A stretch of DNA of 64,000 bases from an uncultured virus (IMG/VR IMGVR_UViG_3300050821_016519) (taxonomy: Duplodnaviria; Heunggongvirae; Uroviricota; Caudoviricetes). The stretch is taken from IMG/VR virus record IMGVR_UViG_3300050821_016519; one strand, given 5' to 3'. Shown one piece after another: positions 1 to 10,139 of the stretch. The translations under genes and the position numbers were made by a program. The notes under the pieces were generated by a model. The model had not been told where the DNA came from. It saw only the letters and a list, made by a program, of their open reading frames with translations, and searched no databases. How positions within the stretch are numbered: position 1 is the first letter of the stretch; every line of letters starts with the position of its first letter.

Positions 1-1
1 G

Positions 2-631
2 ATCGTCAATGTGGACCTTCCCCCACAACCTGCTCCTGTAATGCACTATCACGCCGCCCCCTCCGCGCCGCAGGCATCGCCCCAGGTGACGGTCGAGTCG
101 CCGATCATCAACGTCGAGCCGTCTGCCGCGCCGCAGGTGACAGTGCAGCCGCCGGTCATTCATCTGCACGCCCCGCCGCCGTCAGCTGCGCCCGATGTGT
201 ATCTGGAAGCGCCGGTGGTGAATCTCGCTCCGATCATTCAGCTCCCCGATCCACCCGAGCCACCCGAGCCGCCGCAGATCACCGTCGAAGCGCCGATCGT
301 CAACGTGGCCGCCCCGGTCCTTCCGCCGCCGGCACCTCCCGCGCAGGTGAATGTGGAAGCGCCGATCGTCAACGTCACCGTGCCGCCTCGCGCTCCGGGG
401 ATTCATACGATCGTCCGCGATGCCGATGGATTGACTTCGGAAGTGAAAGACGAGACGTCGGGAATGACCCGTCATTTCATCCGCGATGCCGATGGAACGG
501 TCACCGGATTCCGCGACGAGATCACTACCCAGAACCCAACGCCCATTCTTCCCGCCTCGCCCCCCCCGGCGCCTCCCGAACCTACCGTGGAGCCGAATCC
601 GCCTGATGAGGCGTCCGGCGGGGAAAAGTAA
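2..631 (+). CDS. Partial Pro-rich protein with PxVxVEAP repeats (3' end of an upstream gene, possibly a portal C-terminal extension)
   Basis: Frame is open from the window start. Repeated 'PQVTVEAPIVNV' units. Lies ahead of the head genes; portal identity is inference only. Confidence 0.55.
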   Translation: MVNVDLPPQPAPVMHYHAAPSAPQASPQVTVESPIINVEPSAAPQVTVQPPVIHLHAPPPSAAPDVYLEAPVVNLAPIIQLPDPPEPPEPPQITVEAPIVNVAAPVLPPPAPPAQVNVEAPIVNVTVPPRAPGIHTIVRDADGLTSEVKDETSGMTRHFIRDADGTVTGFRDEITTQNPTPILPASPPPAPPEPTVEPNPPDEASGGEK

Positions 632-634
632 TCG

Positions 635-1033
635 ATGCTCACCCGCGCTGCAATCGTGCTCTGTCTGCGCGGACTCACCGCCCGCAACGACCTGGTCCTG
701 CGCCTGTTCGGCAACGACGTGCGTCCGGACTTCGAGGAGAATTTCTTCACCCAACCGAATTTCCTGGGCTACTCGCCGATTCCGCTCGACCCCGCCCGCT
801 GGCGCGAAGTGCAAAACGAGGGAGAGCCGGCGATCGTTTATCCGCAGCAGATTTTCCGCTCCACCTCGCCCCAGCCCCCGGAGAACGTCTACGGCTATTA
901 CGTGAGCTGCGGCGATGTCATCGTGGGCGGACACCGGTTTAGTGACGGCCCATATAAGGTGGAGAACAATGGGCACCAAATTAAAATCGATCTCCAGATC
1001 GGCGGCAGCGACAACGACGACGGCGATGAATGA
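635..1033 (+). CDS. Small phage structural protein (fibre-associated hypothetical)
   Basis: LRLF.ND..P...F.GY..I.L....W...YPQQIF...VYGYYV pattern recurrent in phage virion modules. Confidence 0.55.
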   Translation: MLTRAAIVLCLRGLTARNDLVLRLFGNDVRPDFEENFFTQPNFLGYSPIPLDPARWREVQNEGEPAIVYPQQIFRSTSPQPPENVYGYYVSCGDVIVGGHRFSDGPYKVENNGHQIKIDLQIGGSDNDDGDE

Positions 1034-1440
1034 TCACCCACGCGTTCACCGATCAGGCCAAGCAGGATTTCCAGGCCGGGCTGCACCAGCCGGGCGATCA
1101 GTACATGATCGCGCTGTACACCTCAAGCGCGAACCTGGACAAGACGACGACGGCTTACACCTCAGCCGGTGAAGTGGTCGGCAGCGGCTACACGGCTGGG
1201 GGGATGGCGCTTTCGGGTTACGCGGCGGGATTGTCAGGCGATTCGGCTTATCTGAGCTGGAACAATCCCGTGTGGACGATGGCGACGTTCACAGCGCGAG
1301 GGGCCTTGATCTACAACGCCACCCGCTCCAACAACGCGATTGCGGTCATCAACTTCGGCAGCGACTTTGCCGTCAGCGCCGCCAATTTCACCGTGCAGCT
1401 TCCCCCGGCCGGCGCGAGTGCAATGGTGGTCATCAACTGA
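1030..1440 (+). CDS. Conserved phage structural protein (fibre-associated family)
   Basis: 'IALYTSSANLDKTTTAYT..GEV.GSGYTAGG' and 'FTARGALIYN' motifs; ATGA-coupled to the previous gene. Confidence 0.65.
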   Translation: MITHAFTDQAKQDFQAGLHQPGDQYMIALYTSSANLDKTTTAYTSAGEVVGSGYTAGGMALSGYAAGLSGDSAYLSWNNPVWTMATFTARGALIYNATRSNNAIAVINFGSDFAVSAANFTVQLPPAGASAMVVIN

Positions 1441-1456
1441 CTTTCACCTTTGAGCG

Positions 1457-4400
1457 ATGCCCTTCGATCAACACAAGAACCTCGCGTATACCTTGGTTGC
1501 CACTGCGCCCGCGCCGGCGTCCAGCGGCACCACCCTGGTCGTTTCGGCCGGTGGCGGCAGCCTTTTCCCCCCGGTGCCGTTCAATGCCACCGTCTGGCCG
1601 ACCGGCTCGATCCCGATGGCCAGCAATGCCGAGATCGTCCGCGTCACCAACGTCTCGACCGACACGCTGACCATCGTCCGAACCCAGGAAGGAACCTCGG
1701 CCCGCTCGATTGTGGTGGGCGATCAGATCGCCGCGACCATCACCGTCAAGACGATCACCGACATCGAAACGGCGTTTGCCGGGACGAACGGCGCGATCAC
1801 CGGCGGCTCGATCACGGTGAACACCTCGGGTGTGTCGGTCAACCTGCCGCCCTACCTGACCACGGCGGACCTGTCGCAGAATTCCAGCAACTACGCGGGG
1901 GTGAACGGCGCGATCACCGGCGGCTCGATCACCGTCAATACCAGCGGGGTCAGTGTAAATCTGCCGCCCTATCTGACGACGGCGATGCAGTCGAACGCGG
2001 CGACGATCTCCAACGTCAACATTTCGGCGGGCGCGACTTCCAATAACCTGTCGGCTCTTACGTTCTCGAATTCCAACGGCGTCTCCTTCGGGCTGACTGG
2101 CTCAACGCTGACGGCGACCGTCGCGACCAACTATCAATCGCCGGGGCCTTATCTGACGACGGCAATGCAGTCGAATGCCGCCACGATCAGCAATATCAAC
2201 CTGTCAGCCGGCGCGACCTCGAACAATCTCTCGGCGGTCACCTTCTCCAACTCAAACAACGTCAGTTTCGGACTCAGCGGCTCGACGATTACCGCGACCG
2301 CCAGCTTCGCCGCCCAGAGCAATCAATCGGGCAACGTCTATGCTTCGAGCAATACCTTCGGCACTTCTTCGGGCACCTACGACGCCCGGAGCATTTCCAT
2401 CGCGGGCAGTGGCGCAGTCTCGGTGGCGGCCTCGAATTCCGGGTGGGTGATTTCCGCGCCGGCGCAGACTGTTCAAACCCAGAACTGTGTCGATGCCACC
2501 CTCGCGGGCAACTCGACCTCGGCCGGGGCCGGCTATGCCCTGATTTCCTCGGGCACGATGACGCTGGCGGGCGGTAACAACGTCACCCTAAGCCAGAACG
2601 GCAACGCGGTCACCGTCTCGGCCGCCAGTCAGACGGTCCAGACCCAGAATTGCGTCGATGTGACGCTGTCGGGCAACTCCACCTCGGCCGGGGCTGGCTA
2701 TGTCCTGATTTCCAGTGGCACGATGGTCCTGGCCGGTGGAAACAATATCACGCTCAGCCAGAACGGGAATTCGGTCACGGTCTCGGCTGCCAACGCGGTC
2801 GCCCAGACTAATCAGACCGGCAACCTCTACGCTTCCAGCAACACGTTCAGCAGCACCTCGGGGACGTATGATGCGCGGTCGATCAGCATCGCCGGCAGCG
2901 GCGCGGTCAGTGTCGCGGCGACCAACTCCGGCTGGATCATCTCCGCGCCGACGCAAACGGTGCAGACGCAGAATTGCGTGGACTTGAGTTTGTCGGGCAA
3001 CTCGACTTCCGCCGGCGCCGGTTACATCCTGATTTCCAGCGGCACGGCGATCCTGGCGGGCGGCAACAACATCACGCTCTCGCAAAACGGCCAGTCGGTC
3101 ACCATCTCCGGTGCCAACGCCGCTGCCGCTCCGGTGAATTTCTCAGCGGGCGCTAATAGTGGCAATCTCGGCAGCGTCGTCTTCTCCAACTCCAACAACG
3201 TCAGCTTCGGCCTCAACGGCTCGACCATCACCGCAACCGCTTCGCAGAGCGTGCAGACCCAGAACTGTGTCGATGCCACGCTCGCCGGCAACTCGACCTC
3301 CGCAGGAGCTGGTTATGTCCTGATCTCCTCGGGCACGATGACCCTGGCCGGTGGCAACAACGTCACCCTGAGCCAGAACGGCAACGCGGTCACGGTCTCG
3401 GCCTTCACGCAGACGGTGCAGACACAGAATTGCGTCGATGTCACGCTCTCGGGAAACTCGACCTCAGCCGGGGCCGGTTACGTTCTGGTCTCCAGCGGTA
3501 CGCTTGTCCTGGCTGGTGGGAACAATGTCACGCTTTCGCAGAACGGGAATTCCGTCACCGTGTCGGCCTTCACGCAGACGGTGCAAACCCAGAACTGCGT
3601 TGACCTGAGCCTGGCCGGGAACTCGACCTCAGCCGGCGCTGGCTATGCCCTCATCTCCAGCGGCACCGCGATTCTGGCGGGCGGGAACAACGTCACGCTC
3701 AGCCAGAACGGCCAGTCGGTGACGATCTCGGCCGCCTCGCAGACGAATCAAACCGGCAGCGTCTACGCTTCCTCGAACACCTTCGGAACTTCATCGGGAA
3801 GCTATGATGCCCGAAGTATTTCCATGGCCGGGAGCGGGGCATGCTCGATCGCGGCCTCGAATTCCGGCTGGGTCGTCTCCGTCCCGCAGACTTCATCACT
3901 CTCCGGCACGGGTCTGGTCTCCATCAGCGTCAATGCCAGCACCATCTCCATCGGCGTCCCCGCTTACACCAATTCGTATTTCGAGCCTTACGAATTCAAT
4001 GTCGGCTCGGCGACGACCAGCGGCGGTTTGGGGACGATGTTCCTCCAGCCCTTCCGCCTCGACAATTACCTCAGTTTCAACGTCGTCAACGTCATCGCCA
4101 GCGCCAGCCTGACTAGCACCTCGGCGGCGAACACGGTCACGTTCAGCAACGGCGGGGCGAGCAGCTTCAACGCCAACGCCTCCTACTCTTTCACCAACTC
4201 CAACCTGGTGGACCTGTACCTGTTCAGCCGGGGCTCGGGCGGCTTCACCGATGAACTGTGGACCTTCGCCTCGACGCGGAATTCCTTCGTTACCTATGAG
4301 GGTCACACCTACGCCTTCAACGTCACCAACAGCACCATCAGCATCAGCTCCAGCGCCGCCGCGACCGTCTCTTTCCCATCGTTGACCAGCAACACGATGA

Positions 4401-4969
4401 CGACGATCAACGCGGCGACGACCATCACCACCTGGGCGCCCGGCTACGGATCATGGACCAGCAGCATCAGCAACTCCAGCAGCACCACTGGGGCGACCGG
4501 CGCCACGTCTTCCTTCTCGTTGACCGGAACCTGGATGGCGACGACGGCTTGGGCCTCCAACAAGATCGTGCCTCTCGCCTTCGCATCTTCCCTTTCACCG
4601 GGCGATTACTGGATCGGCGTCAACATGGCGTCGAGCACGTCGTCGAGCAGTTCATCTGCCAGCACCAGCGGCGCGGCCGGGAGAACCTTCACCCTGTCGG
4701 TCAACGCCTCGAACCTCACGCTCAGCGGCCAGTTGACTTACGTCGGCTTCACCAATTCGCTCGCGTCTTCTCTTGGCCGGATGGGACAGGGCAGCGCCGC
4801 CACTATGGCACCTTCGCCGGGCCACGGTTCGTTCAGCGCCACCTACTCGCCCGCTTCGACGTACCTGAACAACGCCGGCCAAGCCAACGGCGCCATCGCC
4901 TTCTCTCAGATCAGCACCGCCGGGAGCCTGTTCAAGACCTGGCTGGAATTCGCCAACAACCGCGTCTGA
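1457..4969 (+). CDS. 1170-aa Ser/Thr/Gly/Asn-rich repetitive fibre or adhesin-like virion protein
   Basis: Several internal repeat families (6x QTVQTQNCVD...LAGGNNxTLSQNG, 3x YASSNTF..SGTYDARSISIAGSG, 2-3x FSNSNNVSFGLxGSTITAT). Distinct C-terminal domain. Confidence 0.8.
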   Translation: MPFDQHKNLAYTLVATAPAPASSGTTLVVSAGGGSLFPPVPFNATVWPTGSIPMASNAEIVRVTNVSTDTLTIVRTQEGTSARSIVVGDQIAATITVKTITDIETAFAGTNGAITGGSITVNTSGVSVNLPPYLTTADLSQNSSNYAGVNGAITGGSITVNTSGVSVNLPPYLTTAMQSNAATISNVNISAGATSNNLSALTFSNSNGVSFGLTGSTLTATVATNYQSPGPYLTTAMQSNAATISNINLSAGATSNNLSAVTFSNSNNVSFGLSGSTITATASFAAQSNQSGNVYASSNTFGTSSGTYDARSISIAGSGAVSVAASNSGWVISAPAQTVQTQNCVDATLAGNSTSAGAGYALISSGTMTLAGGNNVTLSQNGNAVTVSAASQTVQTQNCVDVTLSGNSTSAGAGYVLISSGTMVLAGGNNITLSQNGNSVTVSAANAVAQTNQTGNLYASSNTFSSTSGTYDARSISIAGSGAVSVAATNSGWIISAPTQTVQTQNCVDLSLSGNSTSAGAGYILISSGTAILAGGNNITLSQNGQSVTISGANAAAAPVNFSAGANSGNLGSVVFSNSNNVSFGLNGSTITATASQSVQTQNCVDATLAGNSTSAGAGYVLISSGTMTLAGGNNVTLSQNGNAVTVSAFTQTVQTQNCVDVTLSGNSTSAGAGYVLVSSGTLVLAGGNNVTLSQNGNSVTVSAFTQTVQTQNCVDLSLAGNSTSAGAGYALISSGTAILAGGNNVTLSQNGQSVTISAASQTNQTGSVYASSNTFGTSSGSYDARSISMAGSGACSIAASNSGWVVSVPQTSSLSGTGLVSISVNASTISIGVPAYTNSYFEPYEFNVGSATTSGGLGTMFLQPFRLDNYLSFNVVNVIASASLTSTSAANTVTFSNGGASSFNANASYSFTNSNLVDLYLFSRGSGGFTDELWTFASTRNSFVTYEGHTYAFNVTNSTISISSSAAATVSFPSLTSNTMTTINAATTITTWAPGYGSWTSSISNSSSTTGATGATSSFSLTGTWMATTAWASNKIVPLAFASSLSPGDYWIGVNMASSTSSSSSSASTSGAAGRTFTLSVNASNLTLSGQLTYVGFTNSLASSLGRMGQGSAATMAPSPGHGSFSATYSPASTYLNNAGQANGAIAFSQISTAGSLFKTWLEFANNRV

Positions 4970-6159
4970 TGCGCACCTTTTATTTCTACTGCCCGATCCA
5001 CTTTGAGAAGTGGGACCACCGCAGCCCGGAGAATCCGGGGATAGGCGGCTCTGAGACTTCGGTTGTCGAGATGGCCCGTCGTCTTGCCGCTCGCGGGCAC
5101 GTCGTCACGGTCTACGCCCCGCTCCGCGACAACTGCCCCGAATACGACGGCAACGCCCGCTGGCTTCCGCTTGAAGCCGCCGACTTTGCCGCTCCCGGCG
5201 TGTGGGTTTTGTCACGTTGCCCGTCTGCACTGGATAACTTCCCCGTGGACCATCCCGAGCAGACGACGTGGCTTGTCTGTCAGGATGTGTGCTATCCAGA
5301 TCAGTTTTTCGCGAGCGGATGGAAGGACAATCCGCAGGGCATTTCAGCCGAACGGATTACGAAGCTGGATCGATGTCTCGCATTGTGCAAGGCGCAGGCG
5401 GAGTATTTGGTACAGAGGTCGCCGACGCTTGAAGGCAAGATTCACCTGTCGAGCAATGGGATCAACGTCGAGAGAATCGAGGGGATCAAACAGATAGGAC
5501 GTGACCCCTTCAAACTCATCTACTCTAGCAGCCCCGACCGCGGCCTCCCGTCCCTCCTGAAAATCTTCCGGCGTGCCCGCGAGTTCGAGCCGCGACTGTC
5601 CCTCACCGTTGCCTACGGATGGGACAACATCAAGAAGTGCAAGAAAAAGTATTGGGCCGTCCGTAGGGCGTGCGGCGACAGGACAAAGCCGCCAGTCGAG
5701 ATAGACGACCAGGGCAAATACTGGCAGAACGTCGAAGCCGAATGCGGGCCGGGACTGGAACAGCCGGGCGTGACGTGGCTGGGGCGAATCGGGCAGACGC
5801 AGCTCGACCGCGAGTTCCTGTCGGCGGGGCTTTGGGTCTATCCGACGACGTTTACCGAGACATCCTGCATTACCTGCATGTCTGCCCAGGCGTGCGGGGC
5901 AATCCCCATCACCAATCCGCTCTGGGCGCTGGCTGACAACGTGCGGCACGGCATCTTCATCAACGGCGATCCCGCCAACGAGCCGCTGGTGATGGCTCAG
6001 TACGTCCATGAAATCCGCAGGCTGACGAGCGATCTGTCGCTGCAAGAACAGATACGCGGACCCATGATGGAATGGGCTCGCGCGAAGTTCGATTGGGAGC
6101 GGATCGTGGACCAGTACGAGCAGTGGGCGGAAGTGATGGAGGAAGTCGCGTGCTCCTGA
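4969..6159 (+). CDS. GT-B glycosyltransferase (GT4-like)
   Basis: GIGGSET N-terminal motif, YSSSPDRGL, FTETSCITCMSAQACG (ExxxxxxxE-type region). ATG overlaps the fibre stop (TGATG). Confidence 0.85.
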   Translation: MRTFYFYCPIHFEKWDHRSPENPGIGGSETSVVEMARRLAARGHVVTVYAPLRDNCPEYDGNARWLPLEAADFAAPGVWVLSRCPSALDNFPVDHPEQTTWLVCQDVCYPDQFFASGWKDNPQGISAERITKLDRCLALCKAQAEYLVQRSPTLEGKIHLSSNGINVERIEGIKQIGRDPFKLIYSSSPDRGLPSLLKIFRRAREFEPRLSLTVAYGWDNIKKCKKKYWAVRRACGDRTKPPVEIDDQGKYWQNVEAECGPGLEQPGVTWLGRIGQTQLDREFLSAGLWVYPTTFTETSCITCMSAQACGAIPITNPLWALADNVRHGIFINGDPANEPLVMAQYVHEIRRLTSDLSLQEQIRGPMMEWARAKFDWERIVDQYEQWAEVMEEVACS

Positions 6160-6836
6160 TGAACAAATACATCGGCACGGTGGCAAGAATGGGCGGAACG
6201 CCTGCCGTTCTCTCCCCGTTCGTCGATTCCTTTGCCGACCTGATCCAGTGGAACGCGCAATACCTCTGCCTGCCCGGTGAGTGCATCCACTACCCGCGAC
6301 CGCCGCGTGTGAGCATCCACGACGTTGCCCGCAACATCATGGCCGACAACATGCGGGGCGATTGGCTGCTGATGCTTGACACGGACCATGCTTTCGACCC
6401 GGACATCGCTTACCGGCTGCTCAACGTGGCGGATCGCACCGGGGCGGAAGTCGTCACCGCCGTCTACCAGTACAAAGACCCGCCGCACTCTCCGGTGGTT
6501 TTCCGATTGCAGGGCGAAGGGCTTCATCCGGTTGGGGCATGGGATGAGTCGGTCGAGGTCCTGGAGGTCGATTCCGCCGGGGCCGGGTGTCTGTGGGTCA
6601 AGCGGAGCGTGTTCGAGCGAATCGAGGATGAATTGAAAGAGCAGCCGTTCTCCCGTATTTCCGGCTACGGTGAAGACCACTCGTTTTTCCTGCGTCTGAA
6701 GAAACTGAAGATCAAGGCCGTCTGCGCCATGCGCGTCGAGTGCCATCACCTGCAAATGCGGGCGCTATCGCTGGCCGACTACGACCCGGATGTGGTGGAA
6801 CTTCAAGAGCCAGAGATGGCAGTGGGGTATAGATGA
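6159..6836 (+). CDS. GT-A glycosyltransferase-like protein
   Basis: ARN...WLLMLDTDH (DxD), GAGCLWVKRSVF, GEDHSFF. Confidence 0.8.
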   Translation: MNKYIGTVARMGGTPAVLSPFVDSFADLIQWNAQYLCLPGECIHYPRPPRVSIHDVARNIMADNMRGDWLLMLDTDHAFDPDIAYRLLNVADRTGAEVVTAVYQYKDPPHSPVVFRLQGEGLHPVGAWDESVEVLEVDSAGAGCLWVKRSVFERIEDELKEQPFSRISGYGEDHSFFLRLKKLKIKAVCAMRVECHHLQMRALSLADYDPDVVELQEPEMAVGYR

Positions 6837-7219
6837 GCACCGTCGCAACACCTGTTGAAACCTGGACCGCGACGATTCAAGCCGGCATCGGCATCGGGCA
6901 ATCTTCGTCCTTCACATTCACCGTCAACATCACGCAGGCGTGGCAGATCAAGATCCCGATCATCGTTCAGTTCCCCACCAACGTTTCGGCCGGACCGCAA
7001 GTCTTCGCTTATCGCTCGACAGACGGCGGAAACACCTTCGATACGCAGCCGCTTCAACCTCTGGGATTGCCACGCCAGTCAGGCGGTTTGCAGCAGGTCA
7101 GTCTTCGGCTTGAGACAGGGCAGTACGCCGTACAAGTGTTGTCCGGTGGCGGGTCAGTTGCGACGTGGACGGTACAGGTTCAGACTCAGGAAGTCACGAC
7201 CGCGATCATCAACCAGTAA
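6833..7219 (+). CDS. Beta-rich small structural hypothetical protein
   Basis: 128-aa ORF coupled to the previous gene; STDGGNTF (BNR-like) motif. Confidence 0.6.
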   Translation: MSTVATPVETWTATIQAGIGIGQSSSFTFTVNITQAWQIKIPIIVQFPTNVSAGPQVFAYRSTDGGNTFDTQPLQPLGLPRQSGGLQQVSLRLETGQYAVQVLSGGGSVATWTVQVQTQEVTTAIINQ

Positions 7220-7223
7220 CCAC

Positions 7224-8378
7224 ATGACGCCGCTGATGAAAAAGTTCGTCGGCCTCTCAGAGGGGATGGATCAGCGCCCTTCCCGCGACGAGTTTGTCGG
7301 CATAAATCAGGACAGCTTCCAGGCGAAAAATCTGTACGCTTGGTGGCCGATCTGGGAGCCGATGTCCAACGCGGCCAAGGCTCCGTGTGCGATGGACTAC
7401 GGACCTTATGGCCTGCACATGACACCGAGTGTGAACACGCTTCACGCCGGCGATCCTCAGATGGGAACGTGTTGGTTTGGCATTCCCAATCCTGCGGGGA
7501 TGGCGGGGATATTCTCTGGCCAATCTCAGTCGCGGCCCTACGCTTATCAATCTGCGACCTCAGTTGACCCGGTGGATTTCGGAGGAATCCCCGATACCGT
7601 CGTGCTTGGCCAAGCCTACATGGCGACGGCTTGGATACGCACCAGCGACTCAGCGCTCACCTTCACCGCTGGTGACACGCCGCATGACACATATATCTAT
7701 TCCTTCGATCGCAACGACAACTCCGGTTATCCCGGCCACACGATGGGCGTTATCATGCAGATTTATGATGGTTCCGGCGTCAACACCGCCAACGCTGCGG
7801 CCACGATGTTTGACAACAACGAGGGCGGCGCTATTCCGTTTGGAGTGCAAAGCTGCCAAGTAGTCAACGATGGCCAGTGGCATCTGATCTGTGGTCTTTA
7901 CATGCCGTTCTCTACGTCGGGATCGGGCGGCTACAACAATTCGTGGCAAGTGATCCTCGTCGATGGCCAACTCGGCCCGGTCAGCGGTAACGATGTCCAG
8001 GGCGGCGGCCAGCTACAGCCGTTCGGCATATCCAAAAGTCAAGCCAACGTAGGATCGCCGCAGAATGCGGGAAAAGCTGCGATCAACGCGGTATATCAGT
8101 TCATCGGGTCCGATGATGACGGAGTGTCGTCGCCGTTTCTGGGTCTGATCTCGGATCATCGTCTTTACGGATTTTCTGGGTCTGTGGGCTATCCGGGTCA
8201 GCCGGGCCTGGCTGATCCCTTGGCCATCATGTCACAGGGTCTCGCCCTCGCCCAGCATATGTATGCCCCGGAAACGCGCTGGGAACTGTACCGCACGCGG
8301 CCGAATCGGTCGTTCGGAATGGTCAAAGTCGGAGGACCCAAAGGCACCGCGACGATCTTCCTCATCACCCATCCCTGA
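7224..8378 (+). CDS. Concanavalin A/LamG-like lectin-domain virion protein
   Basis: NLYAWWP...AWIR...NDGQWHLICG...LVDGQ...FLGLISDHRLY pattern typical of LamG-like jelly rolls. Confidence 0.6.
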   Translation: MTPLMKKFVGLSEGMDQRPSRDEFVGINQDSFQAKNLYAWWPIWEPMSNAAKAPCAMDYGPYGLHMTPSVNTLHAGDPQMGTCWFGIPNPAGMAGIFSGQSQSRPYAYQSATSVDPVDFGGIPDTVVLGQAYMATAWIRTSDSALTFTAGDTPHDTYIYSFDRNDNSGYPGHTMGVIMQIYDGSGVNTANAAATMFDNNEGGAIPFGVQSCQVVNDGQWHLICGLYMPFSTSGSGGYNNSWQVILVDGQLGPVSGNDVQGGGQLQPFGISKSQANVGSPQNAGKAAINAVYQFIGSDDDGVSSPFLGLISDHRLYGFSGSVGYPGQPGLADPLAIMSQGLALAQHMYAPETRWELYRTRPNRSFGMVKVGGPKGTATIFLITHP

Positions 8379-9136
8379 TGAAACCCCGCCTGCAAAACGC
8401 CGTCATCGATGCCATCGACCCCGCCCAGGCCGGCCGTCACAACGGCGATCTGGCGGCCTCGACCCAGCGTGTCCTGCGCGGAGGGACGTGGAAGAAACAG
8501 CGAATCGCGGTCATCATCCCGGCGGCCGAATCGATTCCTTCACGGGTGTACCTCTCCCACTGCTCCCTCATCTTTCCCCCGAATCAGGGCGTGCATCGAC
8601 ACCTGGCGCTGGGAGAGGAAGTCGGACAGGCGTATTCCAAGGCCATCGAAGACATCCTGGCCCATCCGGAACTGAGCCAGTGGGAATACCTCTTGACGAT
8701 GGAGCACGATAACGCCCCGCCGTCAGATGGGGTTTTGAAGCTGGTGGCGCGGATGGAGGAGCATCCCGAACTGGCGGCGATCTCCGGGTTGTACTGGTGT
8801 AAGGGGGAAGGGGGCGGACTGCCGGGCGGCGTCGGGACTCCGCACATTTGGGGCGACGTGAACGATCCGGTGGTGAACTTCCGGCCCCAGCCGCCTCGCC
8901 CCGGCGAGCTGGTCGAGTGCTGCGGATTATCGATGGGATTCGCGCTCTGGCGCTTGCCCATGTTCAAAGACGCTCGTCTCCGCAGGCCGTGGTTCAAAAC
9001 GCTGGCGAGCAAGGAAGGTGTCGGAACCCAGGATCTGGCGTTCTGGGGGGAAGCGCGGAAGTACGGGTATAGATGCGCCGTCGATTGCGGCGTTCTCGTC
9101 GGGCATTTTGATTCCAACACGGACATGATGTGGTGA
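8378..9136 (+). CDS. GT-A glycosyltransferase-like protein
   Basis: YLLTMEHDN, ISGLYW, GLSMGFALWRLPMF, TQDLAFW, VGHFD. Confidence 0.75.
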   Translation: MKPRLQNAVIDAIDPAQAGRHNGDLAASTQRVLRGGTWKKQRIAVIIPAAESIPSRVYLSHCSLIFPPNQGVHRHLALGEEVGQAYSKAIEDILAHPELSQWEYLLTMEHDNAPPSDGVLKLVARMEEHPELAAISGLYWCKGEGGGLPGGVGTPHIWGDVNDPVVNFRPQPPRPGELVECCGLSMGFALWRLPMFKDARLRRPWFKTLASKEGVGTQDLAFWGEARKYGYRCAVDCGVLVGHFDSNTDMMW

Positions 9137-9753
9137 AATCCAAACGCCGCCCGGCCCCGATTGCGCCAAGTATTGCGCCGCCGATTGCGCCCGCGATTCC
9201 CGCCGTCGCCGCTGCGCCGCTGCTCAAATTGGACTTCGGCTGCGGTCCCCACAAGCGCGAGGGCTTCACCGGATGCGATCGCCATCCCTTCGTCGGCGTG
9301 GATCAAGTGGTCGATCTGACGATCATCCCCTGGCCGTGGAAAGACGCCTCGGTCGCCGAAGCGCATGCCAGTCATTTTCTGGAGCACCTGACGGCGATGC
9401 AGCGCTGCGGCTTCGTCAACGAGCTGTACCGGATTCTCGTCCCCGGCGGCAAGTGCCAGATCATCACCCCGCACTGGTGCAGTGAACGCGCCTATGGAGA
9501 CCCAACCCATCAGTGGCCCCCCCTGAGTGAATTCTGGTATTTTTATTTGAACCGCGAATGGCGCCGGGCCAACGCCCCGCATAGCGACGCCGAAGTCCTT
9601 CCCGGTGGGTTCAACTGCGACTTCGATGCGACCTGGGGCTACTCGATGCGCCCGGACCTGATCGTGCGGAACCAGGACTACCAGCAGTTCGCGTTGGCGA
9701 ATTACAAAGGGGCAGCGATGGATACGATCGCGACTCTTACCCGGAAGGCGTGA
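9130..9753 (+). CDS. Class I SAM-dependent methyltransferase
   Basis: LKLDFGCG motif I, SHFLEHL, ELYRILVPGG, GDPTH. Confidence 0.85.
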   Translation: MVKSKRRPAPIAPSIAPPIAPAIPAVAAAPLLKLDFGCGPHKREGFTGCDRHPFVGVDQVVDLTIIPWPWKDASVAEAHASHFLEHLTAMQRCGFVNELYRILVPGGKCQIITPHWCSERAYGDPTHQWPPLSEFWYFYLNREWRRANAPHSDAEVLPGGFNCDFDATWGYSMRPDLIVRNQDYQQFALANYKGAAMDTIATLTRKA

Positions 9754-10139
9754 TGGTTTCGAGCCGCCCCTACGACGTTGCGATGGCGAGTAGCCGCCCC
9801 TATGACGTTCAGTGGACGAGCAGCGGCCCCTACGACGTTCAATGCGCGAGCTTCGGCATGTCATCATCATCGGCGGCCTATTCGAGCTATCACCGCGCTG
9901 GTGTCTATGCGGTCAACTTGCATCCCGATGGCACCTCGACGCCGGTCCCCGAATATACCTGGATCGACACGCCGGACGGGCCGAAGAATCTCAAACAACT
10001 GCTGCACAATTTCATTGTCGCCCATGAATCGATCAAGGCCCAGAACACCTACACACTTGAGCCAACGCGCTGGGCGGCGTTCAAAGTGAGCCTGATCGCC
10101 GTGGCAAGATGGATTTTCGGACGGGGGAAAGCTCTCTGA
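9753..10139 (+). CDS. Hypothetical protein with three 10-aa SSxPYDVxxx repeats
   Basis: ORF coupled to the methyltransferase stop; 30-bp tandem repeat at 9759-9848. Confidence 0.5.
   Translation: MVSSRPYDVAMASSRPYDVQWTSSGPYDVQCASFGMSSSSAAYSSYHRAGVYAVNLHPDGTSTPVPEYTWIDTPDGPKNLKQLLHNFIVAHESIKAQNTYTLEPTRWAAFKVSLIAVARWIFGRGKAL

Noticed and set aside
4453..4968. N-terminal extension of the GT4 ORF in the track (568 aa)
   Set aside because: Off-frame shadow of the fibre gene; GT motifs begin at the coupled ATG 4969.
6855..7223. Arg/Ser-rich N-terminus of the 507-aa ORF
   Set aside because: Overlaps the 6833-7219 gene in another frame; the real start is probably 7224.
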